NCBI RefSeq assembly: GCF_009914755.1
Contig: NC_060944.1
Origin: the human T2T-CHM13v2.0 reference genome, Homo sapiens
Length of the DNA: 64,000 nt
Reading direction: 5' to 3' (one strand)
In this document: positions 51,741 through 64,000 of the stretch, in pieces
Layout: every line of letters begins with the position of its first letter
How positions within the stretch are numbered: position 1 is the first letter of the stretch
The notes under the pieces: generated by a model
Seen by the model: the letters and a program-made list of their open reading frames with translations, nothing else
What the model was told of the DNA's origin: nothing
Database searches by the model: none
Program-made: the position numbers and the translations under genes

Positions 51741-52731
51741 TGATGCCTGATAGCTAGTACACAGAGCATAAAGGAGAGCTGGGATCTGTGCACTCACGGT
51801 CAGAGGTTGTGTTGTTTCAGCTCCGTTCTGTTCCCTACTTGATGTGTGACTTTTCTTTGGTCCCTTTGATTACCTAAGCCTCAGTTTCCTCATCTGGAAA
51901 AAATAAAAACAAAAAAGGTCGGGGCAGAGGGAGAATCACTTCCCAGTTTGGCAAAGAAAGGTAGAGATGATGGAAAGGAAACATTTTTGTAAACTGCAAA
52001 ATGCTGTCAAAATAGAAGCAGAGATTCCAGCGAGACAGGACTGATGAATGGCTGGGCATTGTCAGGCACCTCCTCGCAGGACCCTCAAACCATTAAGGAC
52101 TTGACTTTGCTGTCCCCAGTTCTTCCTCTGTCTAAGACGTGAGATTCAGAGATGAAAAGTCAGGGCCCACTGGAAAGACGATGGAGGGATTCATACTGGC
52201 TGGAATAGCATCCAGGCTCTCTGTTCTTTGTAATATCTGGGTTATGGGTGGCATGAAGAGGAAGCTGGGAGAGGTGGCGGCAGTGCCCAGGAAGTTGACA
52301 TAGAGAAGGGGTGGGTGGAGGAGGAGGAGGGGAAGAGAGGATCACTTTGGATATCAGGAGATTGATTTTGGGGTTTGGCAGGTGGGACATCAGGAGGATA
52401 TAAGGTAATTGGGGAAGAAAGGAAATTTGGAGAAGTGATGCTTTGGGTTATGAATAGGTTTCCCATTAATGTCTGTGGAGAGAAGCAAGAAAAGATGGTA
52501 ATTTATTGCTAATCATTTTTAGCTGTTGGAATGTGTGTCTTTGAATGTTATTCCATGCAAAGACTGGGCACTGGTGTGCATTTGTGCAAATTGCAAAGGT
52601 GTTTTAAACATCCTCTGCGAAATGAGATATTTCATCACGGGGCAGACAGTGTTTTGTAGTCCACAGAGTGTTTTTGAAAGTATTTTTCCCTTTGAGTCTC
52701 TTCCAAGCCCTCTGAAAAAGATATGGCATGA

Positions 52732-53003
52732 ATTATTATTATTATTGTTATTATTATTTTGACAGTGCCTCCCTCTGTCACCCAGGCTGGAGTGCAGTGG
52801 CATGATTTCGGCTCACTGCAACTTCCGCCTCCTGGGCTCAAGCGATCCTCCACCTCAGCCTCTTGAGTAGCTGGGACTACAGGTGCACACGACCATGCCC
52901 GGCTAATTTTTGTATTTTTAGTAGAGACAGGGTTTCATCATGTTGGCCAGGGTGGTCTTGAACTCCTGACCTCAAGTAATCCACCCACCTCGGCCTCCCA
53001 AAG
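52732..53003 (-). mobile_element. 5'-truncated Alu (J/S) with (TTA)n tail
   Basis: Antisense Alu ending at CCTCGGCCTCCCAAAG. Confidence 0.92.
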
Positions 53004-54539
53004 GAAATTTTATAATGTCTTCGTCCTAAGGGTTCACCTTTCCTGCTTGCTCTTAGAGTAGGATTCTGAGGCCTTGGTCATGCACGTTAAGCCTCAGCCA
53101 TTCACTAACTGTTAAGCTTTATGATTGCCTCAATCATTTCATTTATCCATTTAGGGAATGTACATAAGCACTCCCCTGTGCCATGCACTGTGTTGGGCAG
53201 TGGAGGTACAGCATGCACGGTCAGACATAGTTTCCAGATGAAGTAATATGTAAGGAGATTATGGAAGGATGAACAGGAAGTAGTTACGAGGACAGTCAGG
53301 AGGCAGGTGGAGGGAGGCATGCAAGGCAGAAGCACCCAGTATGTCAAAGCCTGGCTCAGAAAAACACGGCAAGTTTGTGGAGATCTTCTCAGATGTATTG
53401 TTTTGTTATCAAGTGTTCTTTTGCGTTTCATATCTTAAACTGAATGTAAATGGCATACAGCCCACCGTATCTATCTGCAATAAATTGCAAATAATTACAT
53501 GTTATAAGTAAAAGTTACCAAGAGGCCACAAGAAGTTGTTTTAATTTATTGTTCATTTTAACCCGATTTTCCCAAGTGTGTCATTGATTTTTGAATTTTT
53601 AATATTTTTTCTGGAGTTCATGTTAAGACATACCAGAAGCCAGCAATTCTGTTGTTCTATTTTACTAAATATTAGTTATTTTCCAAATAAATTATTGGCA
53701 ATGTATGTTAACAAATATTAAGTTGACAAAGTAACTTATTGAACTATCACCATATTTTTATTCTTAATAAACTTCATCAATTACATGGTACATATATGCC
53801 ATTCAAGATCGACATTCTTTTAGAATACTACAGAGTTATTTCCACTTTAAAGCAGAGAAAATTGAGGCACAGGATGATTCAATGATTTGCCCCTGTCCTC
53901 CTGCCAATAAAGGGTCAAACTGGAATCAGAAGTCAGCTTTTCTGATGGAGGCTAACTCCTGTAAAATCGCATGTGGAGAAAGGACTCTTGTGTTTGACAG
54001 TCTAAGGGCCTTTTCTGCCTAATCTAAGGTCTGTTTCCCTATATGCAGGCTGGGAGGGGTGATTGTGCAGAGGGACCCTTGGAGAACTGTTACATTATGC
54101 AAACTTGATTATCCTGTCTGACATTATTGATGTCAGCAGCCATTGTGAAATGAAGTTTGGGAGATGGAGTGTGGAAGGTGGCACTTGTAATTTTTAATAA
54201 TCATCCTCTTTTACTTCTTGGGGGGAGGCAGTGGGGGAGAAACAGAGCTTCAGGGTTGTGGATGCTTTAATGGAATCTGTCTGTCACAATAAGGAAGTAG
54301 AGAAAGTCTTTTAGCGTTCTACAGGCTAAATCACAGGGCTTGAACCATGGTGTTTTTGGTGAACAGAGATGCCGTACCATAAAGGCAGATGGAGAATGAC
54401 TGCAGGGTCAATGAGATTGTCACCCCCCGCGGCAGGGACAATGTTTATTCATCTCTGAAATCCTAGTGCCCTTCACAGGGCACTTAGCTGGAGCTGGTCC
54501 AGTGAGAGCTGATTCCAAATACACTCTATAAAGGACCTT

Positions 54540-55740
54540 GTCTGTGTAGAATTTTGGCATCTCAGGCACTGTGATGACCACTCCTCCCAGTTCAAAATCT
54601 CCATATCCAACTACCTGATGAATTTCTCCCTTTGGATCCCAAATGACCAGAACAGGACAGATAATGTCCCCTTCAAGAATTTTTTATCTTATGTGAAGTC
54701 CAGTGAATGGTGTTACTGTCTACCCAGTCTTCCAAGTAAGTGTGACAGCTTGGCATCATTTTTAAATTTCCATTCTCCTTTGCCCCACATACCAGATCAT
54801 TCACCAAGCACTGCCTCTTCTATTTTCTCATGATCTCTTGAATTTGTCCACTTCCCTCCATCTCTACCAACACCTCCTTGGACCATGCCAACACCATTTC
54901 TTGCATCTGCAGTTTCAGCAATCTCCTAATTGGTCTTCCTGCCATCACCTTCATTAATCCATTCTCCATGTAGTAGCTGGAATGACATCTAGTTAACCTT
55001 TACTTAAAACCTCCATGGCTCTTGAGGTCAAAGTTCAAACTCATTACATGGCCTAAGGCTTTTTGGGGTATGATCCCAACGAATTTCTCCATCTGTCTCC
55101 CATCCTGCTCCCTGCCTCCCTATCTTCTTCCAGTTCCTCTAATGCCACACTTCCCCACACCCAGCCTCCACTCATGCTGTTTCTTCTGCCAAGAACATCC
55201 TTCCCTGCTCTTGCCTAGCCAAATCTTGCTTATTTTCCATGTCTCAGTCTCAGTTCTTCAGTGGGGACTTCCCTGAATAACCGTATAAGCAAACATTAAT
55301 AAAGTTCTTGCTATGTGACAGATACTTGCCTTTACATAGATTAACCTGTTCAATCCTCACAATAACCCTATGACATAGATAACATACGGTCTACAGTTAG
55401 CAGATGGAGAAACTGAGGCACTAAGAGATAAATGAACTTGTCCAAGGTTACATGCAAGGTAGAAGAGCTGAGATTCAAATGCAAGCGTCTTGGTTCCCTA
55501 GTCTGTGTTTTAATCACTACACCCTGACTCCAGACTATGCTGAGTTGTACCTGCTGTAGCCTGGAATTCACTTCCACTGCACCCCTAATGCTTATGCGGC
55601 ATTATTCTCCCTTCTATAGTTACAGCATCACGTGGACAGGAACTGTGTCTGTCTTGTCCACGGGTGTGTCCGCAGTACCTGCACAATGCCTAGCATGTCA
55701 CAGGCACTCATGAAGATGTTTTCTGGTTGAATGAATAAAA
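54540..55740. mobile_element. L2 remnants with a nested MIR (55290-55530, minus strand)
   Basis: L2 motifs (CAAAATCTCCATATCC, CTTAAAACCTCC, GTTGAATGAAT end); MIR core CAGATGGAGAAACTGAGGCAC. Confidence 0.65.
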
Positions 55741-57669
55741 GATTAAAATTCTCCCTAAGCATATCAGCTGTTGGAGCCACTCTTGTTCCCAGTGTGTTTC
55801 AGATTCATTTGGGGGCAGAGAGCAAAAGTGTCTGCATGTGGCAGGTGAGATGCCCCTATATGAGGTGTTTGGATACAGTCGTATGCTGAAGAAGACTTTA
55901 CCTCTTGGTTGGTGTTTCCCTACTTCCACTCCCAATATGGATGGCAGCCAAGCTTTCATTTTGCAGGTCTAAGCCTCTGTGTCTAGAAAACGGAGGTTTT
56001 AGTGACTTGTCTTTTGCAAAAGTAAGAATTGGCAGACACCATGGCAGTGGGCGTCCTCTCTTGCTGAGGACAGGAATGGGGCTAGGCTGCAGCATGCCTG
56101 ATGAGAAGCTGCTGTGGGTGGTTGGGCAGTTAGGCACTATTTCCCATGGCCTGGAGAGCAGCTGAGAGGGTCCTGTGGGTCACTCTGTACTAGAATGGAC
56201 TGCAGCTAGGGGCGCCCTGAGCCCTTTCCCTGGAGCTGAGTGACAGCTTGAGCTCAGGGGACCAGCATGTAGAGTAGAAGACTTGGGCTGAGGTCCCGCC
56301 CTCGTGGCCCCATCTCTGTGGGGTGTCCACTACGTGTGAGTCCAGGCCCTTAAAGATACCATGGGGTCGGGGGAGTAATAATGAATGCAGTTGAATTTGC
56401 TGTCTCTTGGATAGTGGCGGTTATTTGCAGATGAACTTTGGCTTAAAGAAAATAAAGAATGTGGCATGTCTTTCTTCCTAATGTTGTGAATAGGAATTCA
56501 TTCCAGCTATGCTTGTTGGCACACCTCAAGCACGGTCCAGGGCTCAGGAACATATCGGTCTTATGCAGCTCTTGGATGCTTACCACAAAAGGAGGGCTGG
56601 TTGTGGGTGAGAGCCATGGCAGAGTCTGGGGCATGGCAGGTGCATTGCTGCAGGATGAGCCTTTGCGAAGGGCTAGGCTTGCTGCTTTGGGGCAGCTCCC
56701 AGGATGGCCACCAGCAGAAAAAGCTCCAGGCCTGGTTCCATGTTCTTTCTCCGGTCCCCACCTTTCCTTCCTCCACAGCACATTTTAAAGTCTGATTTCA
56801 GGGGCTTGGGAACGTCCCTCTGCCAGATCCACCTGCATGCTTGCGTCTTGGGATCTGACCACAGTCTTCAACCTTCTGAGGGAGTAGTTACCACCTTTTT
56901 AGGTCAGGGAGTGGGTGATGGTGAGAAGGGAGCAAACAAGCCTCTTGGGAGAGAGTGCAGGGAAGTGCACTGATGTTTTGGAGTACCTTCCATTACCATC
57001 ATTGTGCTTAACGTGTTCGTTACGAAGCAGCCTGGTGATGCTTGCTTCTCCTCCTATGGGTGACTCCTCCTCTGTCCAACAGGGGAGCCTCACGGTGGGT
57101 GCCTTTGCTCAAAGAGGACCCATCCTCAGGGAGTTTGCAGCCAGCCGAAGGGCAGCCAGGAGTGAAGAGTGAATGGAAGGTGAGGCGGGAGAGGAAAATC
57201 CACCTAAGCTGAACGTGGCTTCAATAATTAATAGCAGCGGGCAAAGCCGACATTACATTAGGAAAATTTAATTAGAACATGCAACTTATATATGTAATTG
57301 GATGCCTGGGGCAGTAATAATGCATTTTCACAGTACCTCAACCATCCCCCCAGGCTTGTTTTGACTCATAAAAAGGGATCAGTCATGAAGAGCTGTGATG
57401 CTGGAGTGTTATTTCTGTTGTCCTGGTGGTCACTTACGTAACCTAGTGTGTAGCCTGGGGCAGGCTGTAGCACCTAGTAGGTAGGTCCTCAGTTGATATT
57501 TGTTGACTGATTTAATGGGATTTTATGATGAGATTGAATAAATGAGGGCACACCTGGTTTTTAGGACTTCCCTGGATGGCTCCATGCTTCCTCCTGGACC
57601 AAGTGTGTTCAGATGAGAATGGCCCTTCCTTGCTGTGGGCACCCTCTTTGCTAGGGTGCCAAGGTCGGA

Positions 57670-58310
57670 GCTGATATTGGTTATCTCATCGGGCCTTGCA
57701 GCAGCGCCGCAGATATTCTGCCTCCCATTTTGCCCGCGGGGACGCCGAGGCCCGGCGCCGCATCCTGCCGCCCGTTTTGCCCGCGGGGAAGCCGAGGCCC
57801 GATGCCGTACCCTGCCGCCCGTTTTGCCCGCGGGGAAGCCGAGGCCCGGCGCCGCATCCTGCCGCCCGTTTTGCCCGCGGGGAAGCCGAGGCCCGGCGCC
57901 GTATCCTGCCGCCCGTTTTACCCGCGAGGAAGCCGAGGCCCGGCGCCGTATCGTGCCGCCCGTTTTGCCCGCGGGGAAGCCGAGGCCCGGCGCCGTATCC
58001 TGTGGCCGTTTTACCCGCGGGAAAGTCGAGGCCCGGCGCCGTATCCTGCCGCCCGTTTTACCCGCGAGGAAGCCGAGGCCCGGCGCCGTATCCTGCCGCC
58101 CGTTTTACCCGCGGAGACGCCGAGGCCCGATGCCGTATCCTGCCGCCCGTTTTACCCGCGGGAAAGCCGAGGCCCGGTGCTGTATTCTGCCGCCCATTTT
58201 ACCCGCGGGGAAGCTGAGGCCCAGTGCTGTTTAATATCTTACTCATGTTCACTTGATGAGAAAGTGACAGATCTGAGACAAACCCAGGTATGAGGCTGCA
58301 GAGCCCTGCT
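57670..58310 (-). mobile_element. MIR whose core has been tandemly amplified
   Basis: Flanks TTATCTCATC and AAGTGACAGATCTGAGACAAACCCAGGT, and last unit CCCATTTTACCCGCGGGGAAGCTGAGGCCCAG, align to antisense MIR CCCATTTTACAGATGAGGAAACTGAGGCTCAG. Confidence 0.7.
57714..58230. repeat. 47-bp CpG-rich tandem repeat (VNTR-like), ~11 copies; CpG-island-like
   Basis: Unit anchors at 57719, 57766, 57813, 57860, 57907, 57954, 58001, 58047, 58094, 58141, 58188; 8 CpG per consensus unit. Confidence 0.97.
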
Positions 58311-59099
58311 CTGAACCGCTGAGTCTGTCTCTTTTCTTGGGACAGGGACAGCTTCCTGTGGTGACAGCCTTGCTCTTGGCTGCAGGGATTAAGGGAGGAA
58401 TAAAGCTCGGGGCTACAGCCAGCCCATCCGGGATGGGGAGCTACCACAGGGCAGCAGGTTTAGCTCTCACTGCTTTTCTGACCTGAGTATGCCTAGAGAG
58501 GGGAGCTCAGAGCCATGGAGGAGCAAGGAGAGCCTTGGGTCCTACAGCGGCTACCAGACCTCTGCGTGCAGTTCTCGCCCTGGGCAAGCCCTCTGTGTGG
58601 GTGGGTGGGTGGGTGGGTGCTGCCAGGACAGGCCTCTGGGAAGACGTGGAACACTGACGGAAGGAGGGAGGAGGGCAGAAGCCAGGGTGTTTGCTCCTCT
58701 CTCCCGTGGCCTGGGATGGGGGTCTCGTGCACTGATGTGTTTCCCTCACCACTCCCGTGGCACAGCCCCTCCCCCTTTCTTCCCCGCTCCAGCCAGCACA
58801 CCCCTGACTTGACTCCACCTTCAGCAGGATGGCCTTGGCGTCTGTGTCCTGGCAATGTCACCCTCCTCTCATTTCTTCTTTAGTTCTAGAGGTTATGACA
58901 CCAGCCATGGAAGAGCAGAGAGGCCAATGAGGTGGGGAGGTTGGAAACAAAAGGCCTTCTCCACCCCAGCTTGACCAACCCAAAAGCTGGAAGGCAAGGA
59001 AGACCTAGGTGGGTTCTGTTTCCCTGAATAGACCTTGACTCATGGACCCTCCATATGGCCAGAAGGTGACCCAGGCCTGTTAATCAAAGGCCCGCACTG

Positions 59100-59748
59100 C
59101 CCTCTTTGCAGCCACTGATTCAGGGTAGGGCATGTGGGTTAATGAAGCCAATCATGAGCAATGGGACTGAGCTCTGAGTGTTTTGAGTGTTTTGGTTGAA
59201 TTGAGTAGGGGCTGCCTCTCTCTGTCCACTTCCATGTTGTGACATGGTGACAAGGAGCTGAGGCAGAGCAGCGTCCCTGCAATGCTACCAGAACAAGGCT
59301 GGTTCTGAAGGCAGAGCTCCTCTCCCTAACTTTGCTGATATGCAAGCAAATAACTTCCTTTTTAAACAGAAGCCAGTAGCCAGTTTGCATGGGATTTTAT
59401 CACCTGTAACAGAAGAGTCTTTTTTTTTTTTTTTTTTTTTTTTTTTGATGGAGTCTTGCTCTGTAGCCCAGGCTGGAGTGCAGTGGTGCAATTTCAGCTC
59501 ACTGCAACCTCCGCCTTTCAGGTCCTGATTCGAGCAATTCTCCTGCCTCAGACTCCTGAGTAGCTGGGATTACAGGCACACGCCACCATGCCCAGCTAAT
59601 TTTTGTATTTTTAGTAGAGACGGGGTTTCACCATGTTGGCCAGACTGGTCTTGAGCTCCTGACCTTGTGATCCGCCCACCTCAGCCTCCCAAAGTGCTGG
59701 GATTACAGGCCTGAGCCGCTGTAGCAGCAGAAGAGTCTTAACAGATAT
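59100..59748 (+). mobile_element. MLT1-family LTR split by an Alu
   Basis: AAGCCAATCATG motif and 3' end ...TATCACCTGTAACAGAAGAGTCT[Alu]TAACAGATA. Confidence 0.55.
59421..59725 (-). mobile_element. AluS (Sc/Sg-like) with a small internal insertion
   Basis: Antisense dimer with long T tract; TSD CAGAAGAGTCTT. Confidence 0.95.
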
Positions 59749-60747
59749 TGTTCACTTCCTCACAGTAGGAGTCACCCAGGCAATGGGATGATGTGGGAAG
59801 GGCATGCGATGCTCTCAGGTGAAACTGGTCCTGTGCCCACATCTCGCGTTAATTTGTTAACTGACCTTGAGCAATCCACTTCCTTCTGTGGACCTCATCT
59901 CCCACCCTCTCCTGTAAAACGAGAGGGGGGCTCTCCTTCCTTCCCCAGTCAGCAGCCCTACAATCTACAATGGCAGGAACGTGTGAGTGCTCCTGCTGCC
60001 ACCCCCGCTCAGCTTCGATGGTGCCCCGTTGTCCACCACACAGCTCTTCTTAGATGCCCTTTTTAAAATGAAATGCTTGCACTTAGCCACACGTATCTTA
60101 CAAGGAACAAATTCATTGATGGTTGCATTTCTTAGGGACTGGACAACAGTGTGTCATAGGCCTGGAATCTGAGGAAAGGGGGAGAAATGCAAAAAGGTGC
60201 AAAAAAGGTGCAAAAAGGGCCACTAGACTTGACCAGCCTCACCGTTTTCACAGAAACTAGACTGAACAAAAAGAAAGTGCTCACTGCCTGATAGAAGACA
60301 CGCACTGTTATCATCAATAAGAATGGACTTATGTATTGCTAATGTTTACTATGCAATTAACAATTTCCGTTGACTGTGTGAAGCATCTTAAGTGCATTTT
60401 AAATTTGCTCCTCCCAAAAGGGTACATGGGCACTGTCTTTATCCTCAAGTCACAGATGAGAAAATGGAGCCCCAGTCAGGTATTAATTAATTACTCAAGG
60501 TCACAAAGAGAGAAGCCAGGTGCCCCAGCAAATCGACCCTGAAGGCAGAGTCCCTGCCCTTCATCCTCCTCCTCTTCTTGGGGATTTTCACTGACTTGGA
60601 AACATTCTCCTCTGCTCCTGAGGATGGCCTGAGTTTATCAGAATGGGTGTATATTGGCAATTCTCCTAACATTTGCTGAATCTTCATCAAAGATGCCAAT
60701 ACTGTCTGTCAAGCCTGCAGTTCCAGTGTGGCCCCTCTGCCACCGCG

Positions 60748-61001
60748 CATTCTCCTCGGTTCACTTTCAATTGCCTTTTAATGGGAGAGAGATAAAGTGA
60801 AATTACAGCCTTGGGTAGCTTCTTACTTGGGAGGCTAGGAACAGCCCGGCCCTGTGCATCACTTACTAAAGCTGCATTTACAGTCCCGAGAGCGAAGGGA
60901 CAGATCGCAAATCAGATCATTTATTGCTGCTGCTAGCTCAGCGAGGAGAACATTCCCAAGGTGAGAGAGGTGGAGGCTCTGTCCGTGAGTAAAACAGTTT
61001 G
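60748..61001 (+). repeat. Direct duplication B, copy 1
   Basis: 254 bp with about 13 mismatches against 61635-61888. Confidence 0.96.
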
Positions 61002-61634
61002 TGTGTCCTGGGCTCTGGAATCCCACCCATCCCCTGGTGGGTCATTTTAAGTGGTAAACTTCCCAGGAGCTGCTTCAGCAGAATCTGAGCGGAGAGCCTT
61101 GGAGTGCTGAGAAGAACACGTGATTTGGAGGTGGGGTCTGAATCTTGAGTCCTAGTGCTCATTGGCTACCAAATGCTTATTGATGAAATGTAATTTCAGA
61201 GGAACCTTCTTCTGCCATTTAAAAACAGAAATTTAAGGGAAGGACTCTGCTAACTCCTCCAGGTTCTAAGAGGAGGAGCATATGGCAGTTCTGAGCAGAC
61301 ACTTTGGAATCTGGCAGAGCCAAGTTCAGCTCCTGGCTCCCTGACTTATAAGCTGAGACCTTTGCTGGACCTCACTCAGATTCTTCTACTGCAAATTCGT
61401 CTTGTGATATCAACAAAGGCATTTACATGTGCCCCTAGCACAGAGCCTGGCATCCAGAAGTGTTCCATAAGCAGCAGCAGTTATTGTGATGATTATTACT
61501 GTGACTATTATTAAGAGTTTGCCATTCTGCAAATAGTTGCCTTTTTTCCATTCCTTTAGCACCAGGTGCCTTTGGGCCACCAGCTGCCCTTCAGCAAGCA
61601 CTGCTCAAGGGTTCCAGGAGTTGCAAGCAGCCCT

Positions 61635-61888
61635 CATTCTCTTTGGTTCACTTTCAATTGCCTTTTAATGGGAGAGAGATAAAGTGAAATTACAGCCTTG
61701 GGTAGCTGCTTACTTGGGAGGCTGGGAACAGCCCGGCCCTGTGCATCACATACTAAAGCTGCATTTACAGTCCCAAGAGCAAAGGGACAGATCACAAATC
61801 AGATCATTTATTGCTGCTGCTAGCTCAGCGAGGATAACATTCCCAAGGGGAGAGAGGTGGAGGCTCTGGCCGTGAGTGTAACAGTTTG
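61635..61888 (+). repeat. Direct duplication B, copy 2
   Basis: Offset 887 bp from copy 1. Confidence 0.96.
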
Positions 61889-62605
61889 GTCCCAGGGCTC
61901 CTGAGGATCATACTGGGCAATGCTAGCGATATTGGCTGAGGAGAGCAGTAAACGATGACCCACAGAAGCTTGCTCTCTCTTCTCTCTCTGTGTTGTATCT
62001 CTCTATATTTTGCTCATCCATCAATCTATGTGTGAGATGGGGAGGCTCTCTGACCAATAGTCTTCAAAAATAAAATGCAATTTGCCAAACAAACAAAAAT
62101 GACTGAAGTATATGAAAAGGCCCCAGGCTTCCTGCAGTATGTGTGACCTTCTGGGCTCTCCTAGTTTTCTTGTGGGGGAAGATATCTTAGGGGAAGCAAA
62201 ACTGTTCTCCTCCAAGCTCCAAGGGACCTATTGCAGGAGGTTCCTTGCTTTATTTCCTGGTAGGATCTGGCCATTGAGTCACTGAGAGACCGTGGAGTCT
62301 TCATAGACCAAGACCATTCTCTTCATCAAAGTCTCCCTATTCCTGTTGGTGAGCATGGGGCTTGGGACAACACATAGTGCATTCCAGTAGAAAGTATTTA
62401 CTGAGTAATTTTTGTGAGTCATTATTGAACAAGTGGTGTATTCAGAATTCAGAAAATGTTGTAGGTCCCTTCACTGTCCCCCTGTATGTTCTGTATGTTA
62501 TACTTGTCTTATGTATGATATCTACATAGGGTGAAGACCCATCAGAGGTTATAATTGTTATTTTCCAACATCCAGCAGATTTTTTAAAACTCAGGAGGGG
62601 AACTG

Positions 62606-62921
62606 GGCTGGGCACCATGGCTCACGCCTGTAATCCCAGCACTTTGGGAGGCTGAAGCCAGTGGATCACTTGAGCTCAGGAGTTCAAGATCAGCCTGGGC
62701 AACATGGTGAAACCCACATCTCTACAAAAAATACAAAAATTATCCCGGTGTGGTGGCATGCACCTCTAGTCCCAGCTACTTAGGAGGCTGAGGTGGAAGG
62801 ATCATTTGATCCTGGGAGGTTGAGGCTGCAGTGAGCCATGATGGTGCCACTGCATTCAAGCGTGGGTGACAGAGCGAGACCGTGTCTCAAAACAAGCAAA
62901 CAAACAAACAAACAAACAAAT
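62606..62921 (+). mobile_element. AluJ with (CAAA)n tail
   Basis: J-type diagnostic positions; TSD AAA(A/C)CTCAGGAGG(G/A)GAAC. Confidence 0.93.
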
Positions 62922-62939
62922 AAACCTCAGGAGGAGAAC

Positions 62940-63540
62940 AATCTGTTATACTTACTCAGATTGTTACCATTTCTGTTGCTTCTTCATTCCTGATTCTTCA
63001 AGTTTCCTTCTTTTTGAAGAACTTCCTTTAGTACTTCTTGAAGTACATGTTTGCTGGCAATAAATTCTCTTAGTTTTCCTTCATCTGAAAACATCTTTAT
63101 TTTGCCTTTATTCTGGAAGTGTATTTTCTCTGGATAAATCCTGGTTTGAACATCCTTTCCTTTCAGCACTTCAAAGGTGGTGTGCCATTTCCTTCTGACC
63201 TCCATATTTTCTGATGAGAAATCTGTAGTCATTCAGATCATTGTTCTCCTACAGGTTAAATAGATTGCATTTCCCTGTCAGTTTCAAGATTATTATTATT
63301 AGTTACTTTAATTTTCACCATTTTGATTACAAAATAGTGAAATATTTGATTACAATTTGAATACAAAATAGTCTGGGTGTGGATTTCTTTGGGTTTATCA
63401 CCTTTGGAGTTTGCTGAACTTCTTAATTTGCAGGCTTATATCTTTTGTGAAATTTGGGAAGTTTTTGGCCATCATTTCATTACATATTTTTTCAGCCCTG
63501 CACTCTTTCTCCTCTATTTCTGAAACTCCAATGACTAGAA
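62940..63540 (-). mobile_element. Old L1M ORF1 remnant
   Basis: Translations DFSSENMEVRRKW...IKMFSDEGKLREFIASK and MAKNFPNFTKDISLQI resemble L1 ORF1p RRM/CTD segments. Confidence 0.85.
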
Positions 63541-64000
63541 AGGAGGCATCTCCTCCTTCAGAATTTTGGCTCTTGTGGGAACCTATTTCTGCCACTGATT
63601 ATTGCTTGGGGGCTGAGAGAATGGAAAAAAGAAAAATGTGGGGATTTCTGCACTCTCTCAGAGTCCTAGGAGTTTGCTTTCTCACTCCCCAAGCCAGACC
63701 AGAGGCCTCCCCACTGATTTCTCTGTCTGAGTCCTGATGCCCATGTCCAGGTCTCAGGCTGTGCTGGTATCAGGCTCGGGGGTCCAGAAGGAGAAGAATG
63801 GCGAGCCTGCTGCCCACTCAGTGGCACTTCACATTCTGGTCTTCTTCTGGATTTGCCTGCCACTGTCTACTTTCAGAGCTCACAAATAGTGCTCCATGCA
63901 ATTTTGCCCAGCTTTTATTGTTACACTCACTGGGAGAGACAGGGTAGAGCCCTGCCTTACCCAGGGTTCTTGCCTGGTTCACTTTTAATACAAAACCTAT

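Noticed and set aside
57635-58293. Three overlapping Arg/Pro-rich ORFs
   Set aside because: By-product of a stop-free GC-rich 47-bp repeat cycling through frames; non-ATG starts
60188-60218. TGCAAAAAGG x3 short repeat
   Set aside because: Too short to distinguish from ordinary slippage

Overview
Human/primate non-coding genomic DNA with no credible protein-coding gene. The listed ORFs fall in Alu, L1, LTR, simple or tandem repeats, or resemble no protein I recognise. Much of the window is interspersed repeat: Alu, L1 (including a twin-primed inverted L1MA and a young L1PA2-like 3' end), MIR, L2, MaLR LTRs, MER41A, MER21, a solo HERV-K LTR5, and MER1/2/5/20/33 DNA-transposon relics. Non-repeat, enhancer-like islands lie between them, and there are hints of a + strand lncRNA. 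From memory the locus may be the 20q13.13 gene desert around LINC00494; this is unverified and needs BLAT. The most interesting signals are local duplications that multiply regulatory motifs. (1) A 67-bp x4 array (34350-34613) whose units each carry an NF-kB palindrome, an overlapping STAT GAS site and a heat-shock element. (2) A 47-bp x11 CpG-dense array (57714-58230) that arose inside an AT-rich MIR, apparently gained its CpGs de novo, and carries nine ZFP57 TGCCGC hexamers. (3) Two ~150-250 bp direct duplications of enhancer-like modules. Repeat family names and boundaries come from recalled consensus sequences and are approximate.
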